A stretch of 64,000 nucleotides of DNA from an uncultured virus (IMG/VR IMGVR_UViG_2061766007_000877) (taxonomy: Duplodnaviria > Heunggongvirae > Uroviricota > Caudoviricetes): IMG/VR virus record IMGVR_UViG_2061766007_000877; one strand, 5' to 3'. Position numbers and translations under genes: made by a program. Shown piece after piece: positions 45,975 through 56,531 of this stretch. Each line of letters opens with the position of its first letter. Within the stretch, counting starts at the first letter, position 1. Under the pieces are notes generated by a model that saw only the letters and a program-made list of their open reading frames with translations, was not told the DNA's origin and did not search any database.

Positions 45975-47008
45975 ATGAGTATGCTTGATAAAGTAGCTTC
46001 ACTTGTTAAAAAGTTTATACTACCAAAGAAAGATGAATGGGATTTGACAAACTCATTAAATCTTTATAAAGAATTCATTGATAAGGGTTACTATGCAAGT
46101 TTTGACCACANNNNNNNNNNNNNNNNNNNNNNNNNNNNNNNNNNNNATGGCTTGTTGAGTTGCTAATCGGTATTGCATTTTACGCAATAAAGTTTGATGA
46201 TTCTACAAAGTCATATTTCTCTCCAGAGCTTTTAAAGAAAGCAGGTTACATTGATCCATGTGTTGCACATGGCATTGTAAAAAGAGAATGGATAGAAAAG
46301 ACATCGACCGGTAAAAGCCCTATAGATCCACGATATGAAGGTGAAATTTCAGGTTTAGGAATTGCAAATTATGATTCTTCAGGGTTAACTGATTTCTATA
46401 CAGGAAAAATTCTTACAGCACCTCTTCCAAGACTTAATGAGAATAATACATTAGTATCTGTAACAGAGAAAAGAGAGGTAACTTATAAAGGAAAACAGAT
46501 AAAAGGATGGGGTCTTAGTTATGGTGATAGGTTGCTTTCACTAACAAATGTATGTTGGAATCCAGAGATTGCATGGGTTGATGATTCGTGTAATTTATGC
46601 TGTAAAGATACAGACGATCTAAAATTCAAATGTGTTGGTGCAAGTTACTCATCGAAGAATCTTCCATCTGTTGATAGAAAAATATGGTATGAGTGGTCAC
46701 GTTATTATTTAACAGGTGAAGGTTCAAGGGCTGTAAACAATGTAATTTTCCCTGCAGCAAAATGGTTTTGTTCTTATTGGGCGCCTTATTATTCATGGTC
46801 AAAGAATGGAAGATTACAAGACATAGATCAAATAATGATGTTAGCTGCAATTGCCAATTCAACACCGTCTATTGCAAAGAAGTTGTTTGGTAAATCTGTT
46901 ACACAGATGATTGATGCTTATGCAACGAACTCACACCGTAAGAGAAGGGTATATAACACACTTCGTGCAATTTCAATCGTACACTATTTGCAGGGCATAA
47001 AGTATTAG
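45975..47008 (+). CDS. hypothetical protein, possibly a cell-wall hydrolase (joined across gap)
   Basis: frame after the gap reads WLVELLIGIAF; basic, Trp/Tyr-rich; function speculative. Confidence 0.4.
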
Positions 47009-47090
47009 CATACAAATTTCCATATCACTTTCATTATATCTAAATTACAGTATAATACATTTACGTGTATATTTGTTTGGAGGCTATATA

Positions 47091-48002
47091 ATGGCAAAGA
47101 TTGATTGGAAAAAGATATGGGAATCTGTCATAAAGAATTCAGAGCTGTTCCCAATTAAAGCAATGGATAAAGATACATTGTCTATATCATGTCCTACACG
47201 CTTCAGCAATGCTGGAGAGTTTGCAATAGATATAACACCAACATTCAATGATGCTTCCATTGCGTTACAGCTAATGCTATTTAATGAGAACTTATCGTTA
47301 GACGAGCTTGATTTGAAAGACGTAGATACAAAGTCTAAATCAACATCATTTAATAAACTGGCAAACGCACTCGTAGAGTATGAGTTATCAAATAGAATAA
47401 TGGACAGATTCACAATCAAATCAGATGGTTTTAAGTCTGATAAAGAAGCTGAAGATGCACTTATTGATTATATAAATAGTAAAGCAACGGAGAGTGGAAG
47501 AATGTTTGATGATAAACTTGACGAGTTAAACGACATGTTTGCTGCAAAGAAAGAGAGTCGTGCTGATCGTTATAATAGCACTATAAACTCAATTCGTGAA
47601 AGCCGCAGAGTTATTCTTAAGAAGGTTGAGTCTATTCTAACAAGTAACTTTGGTTGGAAATCTTCAAAGAATGAAGATTACTCAGATTCAACAATGCAGT
47701 GCTACGATGATAACGGTCGCCTAATGGCAGTTGTTTCATTAGCAGATAATAATGTAATTGTTGACTTGGCAGAAGGTGTTACAGCAAAAGTTAGCATGAT
47801 TCAATCTGATGAAGAGATTGAGGCTGAACTTGTAAATGACATTGATAATGCTCAACCTGTGTTAGCAGATAGAGAAGTTGAACATCTTAAAGATGTAGTT
47901 AATCCAGTTGATGAAGAGGAGGACTATTTAGAGAGTCTTTCACGTCGTGTAACAAAGCTTGAGAGTCTCTTTATTAGTCGCAAACTTCGTAGAATGCGAT
48001 AA
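47091..48002 (+). CDS. putative internal head protein
   Basis: GGAGG RBS; several xES sites; C-terminal LSRRVTKLES motif. Confidence 0.5.
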   Translation: MAKIDWKKIWESVIKNSELFPIKAMDKDTLSISCPTRFSNAGEFAIDITPTFNDASIALQLMLFNENLSLDELDLKDVDTKSKSTSFNKLANALVEYELSNRIMDRFTIKSDGFKSDKEAEDALIDYINSKATESGRMFDDKLDELNDMFAAKKESRADRYNSTINSIRESRRVILKKVESILTSNFGWKSSKNEDYSDSTMQCYDDNGRLMAVVSLADNNVIVDLAEGVTAKVSMIQSDEEIEAELVNDIDNAQPVLADREVEHLKDVVNPVDEEEDYLESLSRRVTKLESLFISRKLRRMR

Positions 48003-48043
48003 TANNNNNNNNNNNNNNNNNNNNNNNNNNNAAGCCTAGCAAT

Positions 48044-48568
48044 GTGTATGCACTGAACGGTAAAGCATATCGTTTGCAGCCTGGTGCAAATACATTAACA
48101 TTAGAATATGAAGATTATCTTTCATTAGCAAAGGCATTAGGTATTACGCCAGTTCCAAATCCTGATGCTCCTAAACATGTTGAAGAAAAGCCAGTTGAGA
48201 AACCAGTTGTAACAGAAAGAAAATCTGCACATGAAGATTTTGGTAAAACACTTGATGCTTTATTGAAGAATAAAGATAAGCATGAAGATATGGTTCATAC
48301 AGAAGAGCCTGTTAAAAATGAAGAACCAGAGCCCGTTGCAGAAACTCCTAATAAAGATGCAGATGAACAACCTACCAATGATGAACCTGCACCCGTAGAC
48401 GATTCTGTTGCTACTAATGAACCTGTTGAAGATAATAGCGCTGTTGATTATTCAGCAATGTCATATAATGATCTTAAGGCTGAATATAAACGTATAACTG
48501 GTAATAATTGTAAATTAAAGAAAGCTGAAGTAATACAATTCTTACAGGAACACGATTCAAATGTTTAA
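48044..48568 (+). CDS. protein with Pro/Glu-rich linker and C-terminal Rho-N/HeH-like domain (start probably in gap)
   Basis: MSYNDLKAEYKRITG..KKAEVIQFL. Confidence 0.5.
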   Translation: MYALNGKAYRLQPGANTLTLEYEDYLSLAKALGITPVPNPDAPKHVEEKPVEKPVVTERKSAHEDFGKTLDALLKNKDKHEDMVHTEEPVKNEEPEPVAETPNKDADEQPTNDEPAPVDDSVATNEPVEDNSAVDYSAMSYNDLKAEYKRITGNNCKLKKAEVIQFLQEHDSNV

Positions 48569-49211
48569 CAAATCAGCTCTGCTAGACAATGTTAAAATTA
48601 GGTTAGGATATCCAGTTGTTGATTTAGCAATTACAGATGAGATGATCTGTAAGCAAATAGATTTTGCAATAAATAAAATCATTCCATATCTAAATAATAT
48701 GGAAGTGCTTACCGTTTATGGTAAGACTGTTAAATTTGAACATAAGAAAGTATATGCAGTAATTCGTGTGACATCTTCACATGATGATCAAAGTGCAAAC
48801 CAAGAACGGGCTATCAATCAAGGATTCTATGTTATAAACAATTCTAAATCTTTGATTGATTGCGCTGTTTGGAATTATTATACAGATTCAGTTCAAGATG
48901 ATCTTAACCCTATTGGATTTCGCCTTATAGGTGATACATTATATATAGATGGCGGTCTTGCTCCGTGGACTGTTGAGGCAATAACAGATAATTCAATTAG
49001 TACAATGACAGAAGATTATGTCAATTGGATTCTTGATTATTCTGTTGCTTTGACAAAATGTATCGAAGGTGAAATACGTTCAAAAGTAAAGATAACAGGG
49101 GCGCCTGTTGAAACAAATGGTTCCGAATTGAAACAAGAGGGTATTACAGAAAAATCTGCTCTTGAAGAAAAACTCGGTACTTCACTTGGTCTATTTTATG
49201 CAACTCGTTAG
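48561..49211 (+). CDS. neck protein, T4 gp13-like
   Basis: VKIRLGYPVVDLAITDEMI..IDFAI; NGSELKQEG..LEEKL. Confidence 0.8.
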   Translation: MFNKSALLDNVKIRLGYPVVDLAITDEMICKQIDFAINKIIPYLNNMEVLTVYGKTVKFEHKKVYAVIRVTSSHDDQSANQERAINQGFYVINNSKSLIDCAVWNYYTDSVQDDLNPIGFRLIGDTLYIDGGLAPWTVEAITDNSISTMTEDYVNWILDYSVALTKCIEGEIRSKVKITGAPVETNGSELKQEGITEKSALEEKLGTSLGLFYATR

Positions 49212-49248
49212 ATAAATTTATACTAACTTTTATATAAGAGGATTTGCT

Positions 49249-49750
49249 ATGTCACGTACAAATGAAATTAAATCAATTATGCGTAAACTTCGCGATAGCA
49301 AGAATGAGTCAGTTGAAGAAAGCAAAGCTGCAGATCGTNNNNNNNNNNNNNNNNNNNNNNNNNNNNNNNNNNNNACGAAGAAGATGATTCAGAGAATGAT
49401 GCTTCTGAAGCTGATCTCCTACTTGCTCGTTTAGAAGATATTATTGCTCGCTTCGAAAAAGTAATTGCAGCTGCAGAAGGTGGCGATGAAGAAGATGGCA
49501 TGAGTGAAGAAGAGGAACCTGCTGNNNNNNNNNNNNNNNNNNNNNNNNNNNNNNNNNNNNNNNNNNNGAGGAACCTGCTGAAGAGGAAGAGGCCGCTGAA
49601 GAATCTTATGACCGTTCACTTGAAGACCGCCTTGCTGCACTAGAACGTCGTTTTACAGAATCTCGTCGTCGTGCAATGTGTAAATCATNNNNNNNNNNNN
49701 NNNNNNNNNNNNNNNNNNNNNNNNNNNNNNNNNNNNNNNNNNNNNNNNNN
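49249..49750 (+). CDS. acidic scaffold or core-like protein (gapped; end falls in an N run)
   Basis: MSRTNEIK.., DLLLARLEDII, EEPA repeats, LEDRLAALERRFTES. Confidence 0.5.
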
Positions 49751-49776
49751 NNNGTCTGTTTACTATAAGGAGTTAC

Positions 49777-50190
49777 ATGAAGTCAATACTATCACCTTAT
49801 GATGATGTTTCATTCAATGAATACCTTTTACAGTACATCAAGAAACGTCTGAAACAAAAATGTGCCATCTTCACAAAAGATGATGCAGATAGGCGATACT
49901 TTCTTGATGATGACGATCCTTTGAATTACTACACATCAGATGATATTATTAAATCATTACAGCTTAATGGTCGTGTTGTTTATTTCAGTAATCAAGAACT
50001 TATCAATCATGCTGTATATGATTTAAGTCAGAGATTTTGGTATGATGAACTTTCACACATAAACAATATCATTCACAAAATCTTTTTAGACTTCAAAAGA
50101 ACATTGATAAATGAAGAAAACTCATTGCAGCCTCGCAAATTGTCTCATAACAAAAGAGCCCGTCAGAGAGTTCAAGGGGTTAGGCAATGA
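49777..50190 (+). CDS. hypothetical protein
   Basis: AAGGAG RBS. Confidence 0.65.
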   Translation: MKSILSPYDDVSFNEYLLQYIKKRLKQKCAIFTKDDADRRYFLDDDDPLNYYTSDDIIKSLQLNGRVVYFSNQELINHAVYDLSQRFWYDELSHINNIIHKIFLDFKRTLINEENSLQPRKLSHNKRARQRVQGVRQ

Positions 50191-50660
50191 CAAGTTTATT
50201 ATTTAGTGCAAAAGAAAGACAATTAGTTCTTAATCAAGTAGACGAGGCATATAAATTATTCGGAATAGACTGTATTGTTTATGACGTGTCGTCAATGAAT
50301 ATGTACCTAGATGATCGTATACTAAAATCAGGTGTTCCTTACAAAATCTTGCTTCAAGACTATGTAGACACACGACTGTTATCAAATCTAAAATGGTCAA
50401 CTGTTGATGCAGATAGAGAAGCAATCGTTGCATTAGCGCCTATACAATTATGCGGAAAGAACTACAATCTTCGAGAGTTTAACATTATTAGATTGTGCAA
50501 CGGTGACACTTATCAAGTACGTGAAGTTAATTCTACATACCTACTTCATACACATTACGCACTTAAGCTAATAACATATAGAGATGAGCCTAACAGGCCT
50601 CGTGAAGAAAAGCAAATGAAAACTAACTATCTTAAAACAATTCACGAGGAGATCGAATAA
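50187..50660 (+). CDS. neck/head-completion protein, T4 gp14-like
   Basis: LNQVDEAYKLFGIDCIVY; YQVREV; position in the neck cluster. Confidence 0.6.
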   Translation: MTSLLFSAKERQLVLNQVDEAYKLFGIDCIVYDVSSMNMYLDDRILKSGVPYKILLQDYVDTRLLSNLKWSTVDADREAIVALAPIQLCGKNYNLREFNIIRLCNGDTYQVREVNSTYLLHTHYALKLITYRDEPNRPREEKQMKTNYLKTIHEEIE

Positions 50661-51403
50661 TGACAATAGACATTCGTGATTATGATTTAGCTATTACAAA
50701 TAGAATCCATGATTTTTATTGTAATACACATTGGATAAATAGACCACAAATACCAATTAAAGAAATACGCGATAGAAAAGTTCTTAATGGAAGTGATGTT
50801 GAATTTCCTTTAATAACAGTAAGACGAACATCTTGTCCTATTATTTCAAAGGAATACAATTCATGGTCACGCGCTGTTACAGGTCAGCAGTATAACACAA
50901 AACCAATTCAGAATCCTGTGATAGGGCACGATCTTAATAAGTATGACCCAGAACTTGCAAAACGTATATCTTCAACAGGTCACTTTGATAATGTTACTCT
51001 TGTCAATTCTACATTTGAACTAACATATTACATAGATGTTATTTCATTTGAACGTGATAACTTTGATACTATACTTGTTGAGTTGCAAGAGAATTTATAT
51101 AAAGTACCTTATTTAGGATTTCCAAATCTTAAATCAGATGGTTCTCAAGATCAATTAGTAGAAGGTCAGTCATGCCACTTATTCTTAGAAGAAGTAGAAG
51201 ATACATCTGATCTTGAAAACTTTGACTCTGGTAACGCATTATATCGTGCAACGATTACTGTTAAATTAAACGCATACATCTATCGCAAGTTCAAGTCGAA
51301 GGCTGTAGAGAAGTTTGTGACGACAATAACTACATTGGGACACGGGAATCCTATCGAGAGTACAGAATCAATCATTACAGATAATAACAACATTGGGGAA
51401 TAG
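50660..51403 (+). CDS. tail terminator/sheath stabiliser, T4 gp15-like
   Basis: FPLITVRR, FELTYYIDV, YRATITVKLNAY; position. Confidence 0.55.
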   Translation: MTIDIRDYDLAITNRIHDFYCNTHWINRPQIPIKEIRDRKVLNGSDVEFPLITVRRTSCPIISKEYNSWSRAVTGQQYNTKPIQNPVIGHDLNKYDPELAKRISSTGHFDNVTLVNSTFELTYYIDVISFERDNFDTILVELQENLYKVPYLGFPNLKSDGSQDQLVEGQSCHLFLEEVEDTSDLENFDSGNALYRATITVKLNAYIYRKFKSKAVEKFVTTITTLGHGNPIESTESIITDNNNIGE

Positions 51404-51406
51404 CCT

Positions 51407-53275
51407 ATGTCTGATATAACACTTAGAAGTAGAATTATATATGAGGCTAATATAGGTGCTATTATCTGCCACACACCAAAGACAAGCAATGACGAATTAG
51501 TTGATGATCTTTTGGTTGACCACCATTGTATGCTTATTGACAACATTGATGATTTTGAGAAGTATTTTGGTGACCCATATATAAACCCAACAGAGTATTC
51601 TGATGCTGTAATGGCACATCGTCTTGTAAAGCAAAACGTTCGCATGTACGTTTCATCTGTTGATGAGATGCAGCATAACAATGATGGCTTTAATACATCT
51701 TACAATGGTTATACGGAGTTTTATTTTCTAGATAGCAACAAATTAAGAACAGTAGGTTATAAGTTAAAGTCTGATATAAAATTTTGTCAACCAATAATTC
51801 AAGCGCAGCGAGATGTAAACGTTTTAACATTGCAAGTATCACTATTCTTAATGAATAGAGCTGCTACAAAGACAAATATACCACAAGGACCCGCTGGTTC
51901 AGAATTTGACCCATCATGTGGCACGGTAAATGTTATTGACACATCAAGACTTTATAGGACTTATGCGTTTGACTTTGATGTTTCAAAAGTAACAATAAAA
52001 GATGAGAATGATAATCTTGTAGAAGTTACAAAGACATCAGATCAAGATGTTATTGATGCTCTTGCAAAGTACGGTCTTGAATTAAAACCATTAAATACAT
52101 TTGGTACAACAAGTGGCCTTATAGATAAGTTTGCATCTTATGACTTATTTAGAATAACAGAGGATCAGTCAAGATATCCTGAGACTGTAAAGAATTATGG
52201 GTACAATTCACATGGTGAACTTGTTGATGAAGACGGTAATCGTATATCTTCAATATATACAGGAAGAACTGCTCTTGACTATGAATATGACTTGCATGCT
52301 GATAATTACGCATATAACTTTTCAGACCATGATAAGATAGTTGAACAGTATGGGAACATTATAGAGAATATGCGTACAAAACTACCTGCACCACTGTATT
52401 TGTGCTTAGGTAGAATAGGTAGATCATCAACTGTAATGAGTGAAGATGAGTCATACATTGTAAGATCAGTAATTGGTGAGCTTAACCCTTATTATACATC
52501 TGTTATTCAAAACCTATTACTTACATCATTTGACCCAAATGGTACACAGGTATTATCTTATAATGACGAAACTACATATACAGAAGGATGTGACACATAT
52601 CTATTTATTAACACACCAGATATACCTGTGTCTTCTGCATACAAATGGCTAAATGCAGTTGATGAATATAGTAACACAGTTGATTTGTTAGATCATTTCA
52701 ATTGCGACATATATCATGGGTCTATTATAGAGTATGAGAATAGCACATTAAGTTATTCACCACCTCACCGCATGGTACTTCAGGCAGCAGCTGTTGTTTT
52801 CTACAATCTATTGCTAAACAGTGATACTATATATCTAACAAATGCAATAGGTGGTCTTAATATAGCAAATGGTAGTATTAGAACATTAGTTTCAGAAAGT
52901 TCAGCAAAGAAACTTGCAAACAGTAGATGTAATACAGTTGTTACTTTTGACACAGGATACCCGTCAACGTACGGTGATAGATCTTTATCAACGCTTCCTA
53001 ATTTAAGATATAGTCATATATCACGCAACTTTTTATTGATCAGACGTTTGATAAAAGAATATCTTGAAACAAAGAAGTTCATTCTAAATACCGTTTACTC
53101 TACTGATATTTGTGTTAGTTATATCACAAACAGCATTCTTGAACAGTTTAAGTTGCACGATATATTAAGAAATTACACAATAGAGAAGTCAATCTCCCGA
53201 CAAGCTGTGTCTATTACAATTACACTGTACTTCACACAGATGGCAGGCGGGCTTAACTTAGATTTTACAATATAG
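51407..53275 (+). CDS. tail sheath-like protein (divergent)
   Basis: IDNIDDFEKYFGDP; C-terminal YGDRSLS..LRYSHISRNFLLIRR; adjacent to tail tube. Confidence 0.7.
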   Translation: MSDITLRSRIIYEANIGAIICHTPKTSNDELVDDLLVDHHCMLIDNIDDFEKYFGDPYINPTEYSDAVMAHRLVKQNVRMYVSSVDEMQHNNDGFNTSYNGYTEFYFLDSNKLRTVGYKLKSDIKFCQPIIQAQRDVNVLTLQVSLFLMNRAATKTNIPQGPAGSEFDPSCGTVNVIDTSRLYRTYAFDFDVSKVTIKDENDNLVEVTKTSDQDVIDALAKYGLELKPLNTFGTTSGLIDKFASYDLFRITEDQSRYPETVKNYGYNSHGELVDEDGNRISSIYTGRTALDYEYDLHADNYAYNFSDHDKIVEQYGNIIENMRTKLPAPLYLCLGRIGRSSTVMSEDESYIVRSVIGELNPYYTSVIQNLLLTSFDPNGTQVLSYNDETTYTEGCDTYLFINTPDIPVSSAYKWLNAVDEYSNTVDLLDHFNCDIYHGSIIEYENSTLSYSPPHRMVLQAAAVVFYNLLLNSDTIYLTNAIGGLNIANGSIRTLVSESSAKKLANSRCNTVVTFDTGYPSTYGDRSLSTLPNLRYSHISRNFLLIRRLIKEYLETKKFILNTVYSTDICVSYITNSILEQFKLHDILRNYTIEKSISRQAVSITITLYFTQMAGGLNLDFTI

Positions 53276-53306
53276 AGTATTTATTTCCAATATATGGAGG
53301 ATATCA

Positions 53307-53900
53307 ATGGCTACAGAACTTGATGCAATGAAAGGCGAGTGCTATGCAACTGCGTCACATTTCGCAAATAACTCTGCTTTTGAAGTACAGCGTACAAACC
53401 ACTTCGAAGTTGTTATTAACTTAGCGCCTCTTAAACTTGATGGTGATACTGGTGAAGCATTTGCAGATCACATCAGAATGTCAGTAAAAGAAATTGGTGC
53501 TCCAAAGATTACAGCAGAAGCAATCACACTAAAACACGGCAACCACGCTGTTAAAGTTGCAGCTGCACCAACATTTGAAGATCTTCAGATTACAGTCTAT
53601 GATACTCTTGGGACAGATCAGATTAAACTTCTCCAGAGTTGGTTTGATAAAGTATTTGACCATCGTACAAAATTGATGGGTCAGGTAAAGGACTATAAAA
53701 CAGACGCATTCCTTTATATGTACTCACCAGATTGCAAGAAAATGCGTACATGGCATTTAATGGGTGTTTGGCCTAAAGATTTCGGTCAGGCATCAGGCTT
53801 CTCATTTGATTCTGCTGATGCACAAACAATACAGTTCACATTGTCAACAGACTCTTATTGGGAAGATGAAGGCAAGGGTGAGTTCGGTACATCTGTATAA
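53307..53900 (+). CDS. tail tube protein, T4 gp19-like
   Basis: QRTNHFEV, FEDLQITVYD, WFDKV, YKTDA, WHLMGVWP, FTLSTD. Confidence 0.85.
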   Translation: MATELDAMKGECYATASHFANNSAFEVQRTNHFEVVINLAPLKLDGDTGEAFADHIRMSVKEIGAPKITAEAITLKHGNHAVKVAAAPTFEDLQITVYDTLGTDQIKLLQSWFDKVFDHRTKLMGQVKDYKTDAFLYMYSPDCKKMRTWHLMGVWPKDFGQASGFSFDSADAQTIQFTLSTDSYWEDEGKGEFGTSV

Positions 53901-53985
53901 TAGTTAAACATAGTAGTTTAACTTATGTATATTAAAGGGTATAGTCTATGTGGCTGTACCCTTTTATTTTACTTTGGAGCTTATT

Positions 53986-54660
53986 ATGAAAATCATTGCC
54001 CTTTCAGACCAGCATGGTAATTTAGAGCCAATAAAAGAAGAGTGCGATGTAGTTGTTATTGCAGGAGATTGGTCTCCTCTATATTGTCAACAAGATTGCG
54101 TGTCTGTATTGAATTGGTGGGATAGACGATATATTCCTTGGATGAAGACTATAAAAGCAAATCATTTTGTTGTTATTCCAGGCAATCATGATCTTGCATG
54201 CACATTTAAGTTCTTTAAAGATGAGCTTGATAGAATTTTAGTACGTCACAAAATGATTGACAAAGTGCATTACTTATGTCATAGTTCAATCATCATTGAC
54301 GATAAGAAATTTTATGGCAATCCAAATAGCGAATCACCATCAGGTTGGGCTTTTTCAAATCAGTATAACCAAGTTTACAAATTTGACAAAGACACTGATA
54401 TTCTAGTTACTCATCAACCACCTCGTGTTGGAGACGTTGGCTATGTTCATCAGTTCAATAAAGAGTTTGGCTCAAGAGAGTTGCTTAATCGTATTCTTGA
54501 ATCAAACATAGAATTAAATATTTGCGGACACATTCATACTGGTTCACATAAAGAACACTTTGTTGTATTAAATAATAGAAATACAGCAAGTGTTTACAAT
54601 GTTTCAATTCTTGATGAAGATTATAGGGTTGCTTACGAGCCAACCATTATTGAACTATAA
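53986..54660 (+). CDS. calcineurin-like metallophosphoesterase
   Basis: LSDQHG, IAGD, PGNHD, THQPP, GHIH. Confidence 0.9.
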   Translation: MKIIALSDQHGNLEPIKEECDVVVIAGDWSPLYCQQDCVSVLNWWDRRYIPWMKTIKANHFVVIPGNHDLACTFKFFKDELDRILVRHKMIDKVHYLCHSSIIIDDKKFYGNPNSESPSGWAFSNQYNQVYKFDKDTDILVTHQPPRVGDVGYVHQFNKEFGSRELLNRILESNIELNICGHIHTGSHKEHFVVLNNRNTASVYNVSILDEDYRVAYEPTIIEL

Positions 54661-54668
54661 GGATTTAT

Positions 54669-55498
54669 ATGATAAACTATCTCATCGACGTATCATGGCT
54701 TCTATATCGAGGGTATTTTGCTTGTGCCCATATTTGGCAAGAATATGCTGAACTTCACTATATAACAAAAAAGATTGAGGGTCTGCTTTCAAGAAAAGAC
54801 TGTGTTGTTCATTTATGCCTTGATGGGTTTTCAACAAAAGGCAAGAAGCTATTAGGTGAACAGTATAAAGCAGGCCGTCATCAAGAGGGCGGTTATAACG
54901 TATATCAGGGATTAGCATCATTTATTAAGATGCTACACAATGATCGCATTAAGACATATTATAATCCAAATTATGAATCAGATGAGATTATATTCACATT
55001 ATCAAAGACACTAGATGGTAGGAAGAAAATTCTATCAGGTGATAAAGACTTATTGCAGTCACTTGATAGAGATACTGTGATTGAATCTTTCAAAGGTTTG
55101 GTTACAACAGAGGAATCTTATAAAGCAGAATACGCTGAAAAGTTTTTTGAAATTGAACCAAGAAAGCTACCAATTTTTAGAGCTATTGCTGGTGATGCAA
55201 GCGATACATTAAAACCGCNNNNNNNNNNNNNNNNNNNNNNNNNNNNNNNAACTTGCAGCAAAGATAGTTAACCTACTTGACTATAATGGAGAATGTCCTT
55301 CTGTTGAGCAACTTAAAAATGTATCAATAGATTTTAGTGATAGTGAAAAGAAGTGGGTTGATAAGTTAATTGATGCCTACAAGCCATNNNNNNNNNNNNN
55401 ACGTCATAACAGATCCACTTCACTGTGATTATAAATATCCTGAAGTAGAATTGAGTGATTTTCTTAAATCGAAAATTGAGCACTTAAACGCTCTATAA
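54669..55498 (+). CDS. 5'-3' exonuclease / flap endonuclease (T4 RNase H-like), joined across gaps
   Basis: LIDVS, YKAGR, YESDE, SGDKDLLQ, AGDASD. Confidence 0.85.
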
Positions 55499-55509
55499 CA
55501 TGATACTTT

Positions 55510-56505
55510 GTTATAAATTAAAATAGCCCATAATGGATATCCATTATGGGCTTTACTGTAGTATTATAATAGCTTGTCAGTCACAGTAAGCAAAATTCAT
55601 TTATGTCCTTCTTTGAGATGCACCATTTGCCAACTTCAGGATGAGACTTACCATAATAATTACAGTACTGATAGCAGAAGTTTGGTTTTGCCGAATTTAA
55701 TTTTTCTATTAGTTCTTCGTATGAATTGATCTCATTTAATGATATGTAATCTGATTCTTCTNNNNNNNNNNNNNNNNNNNNNNNNNAAAGATGTCTATAT
55801 ATGCTATATGTGCGCACAAGTATATTTTCCCATCTCTATAACTACAGCATGTAGATTTGAATTTACATGATGATAGACAATCAATTCTATCGTTAGTTAG
55901 GCGAATATGCTTATAACGCCATATAAACTTTTTATCGGACTTTCTATAGACACCTGTAGCAATATTCATTTTTCTTAGTTTATCTATTACAACACAGATG
56001 TTAAGTAATTTGTAGTCAGTTATCATAATTTGTATGTTTGACCTACTGCATGTGTTGTAAAATTCGTCTGTCATCTTTTCTAGTAAGATGCCATTAGTAA
56101 CTATTATTATATTACTCTTGTTAAATATTTCTCGTGCAACTGTTAGACATTCACATATTTGTGGGTGTAATAACGGTTCACCGCCAAGAAGTCTTAGCGT
56201 TGATAAGTTATCTCCTATTTTACTTTTTAACAATTTTAGATCTTTTACAACATCATCAAGCGATGTATATGTTAATTTATCTAATAATGATGCGTAATGG
56301 CTGCATCCAGCACATTTTAGATTGCATGAGTCAACTAGATGATATTCAATCGTTAAATTTTCTATATTCATTGTTAGTTATGCCTCATCTTCTATAATAG
56401 AAAGTGTATAATTTACGTGTGTTTATTTGATATAGCTTTGAAATTGAAGATATAGTTATAAATTAAAATTTAGCCCATAATGTTGTATATTCCATTATGG
56501 GTTTT
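55510..56505. repeat. imperfect ~45-50 bp direct repeat with hairpin (55510-55554 and 56455-56505) flanking the radical SAM gene
   Basis: gttataaattaaaat(tt)agcccataatg..tccattatggg in both copies. Confidence 0.85.
55581..56371 (-). CDS. radical SAM protein with C-terminal Cys cluster (joined across gap)
   Basis: CNLKCAGC (CxxxCxxC), GGEPLLHP, VTNG, DGKIYLC..FCYQYC. Confidence 0.88.
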
Positions 56506-56531
56506 CCTTTATACAGTAGCATAGGAATTTT

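Noticed and set aside
53986..54660. SbcD/gp47 partner of the SbcC half
   Set aside because: Short stand-alone phosphoesterase without an Mre11-type capping region; partnership is not supported
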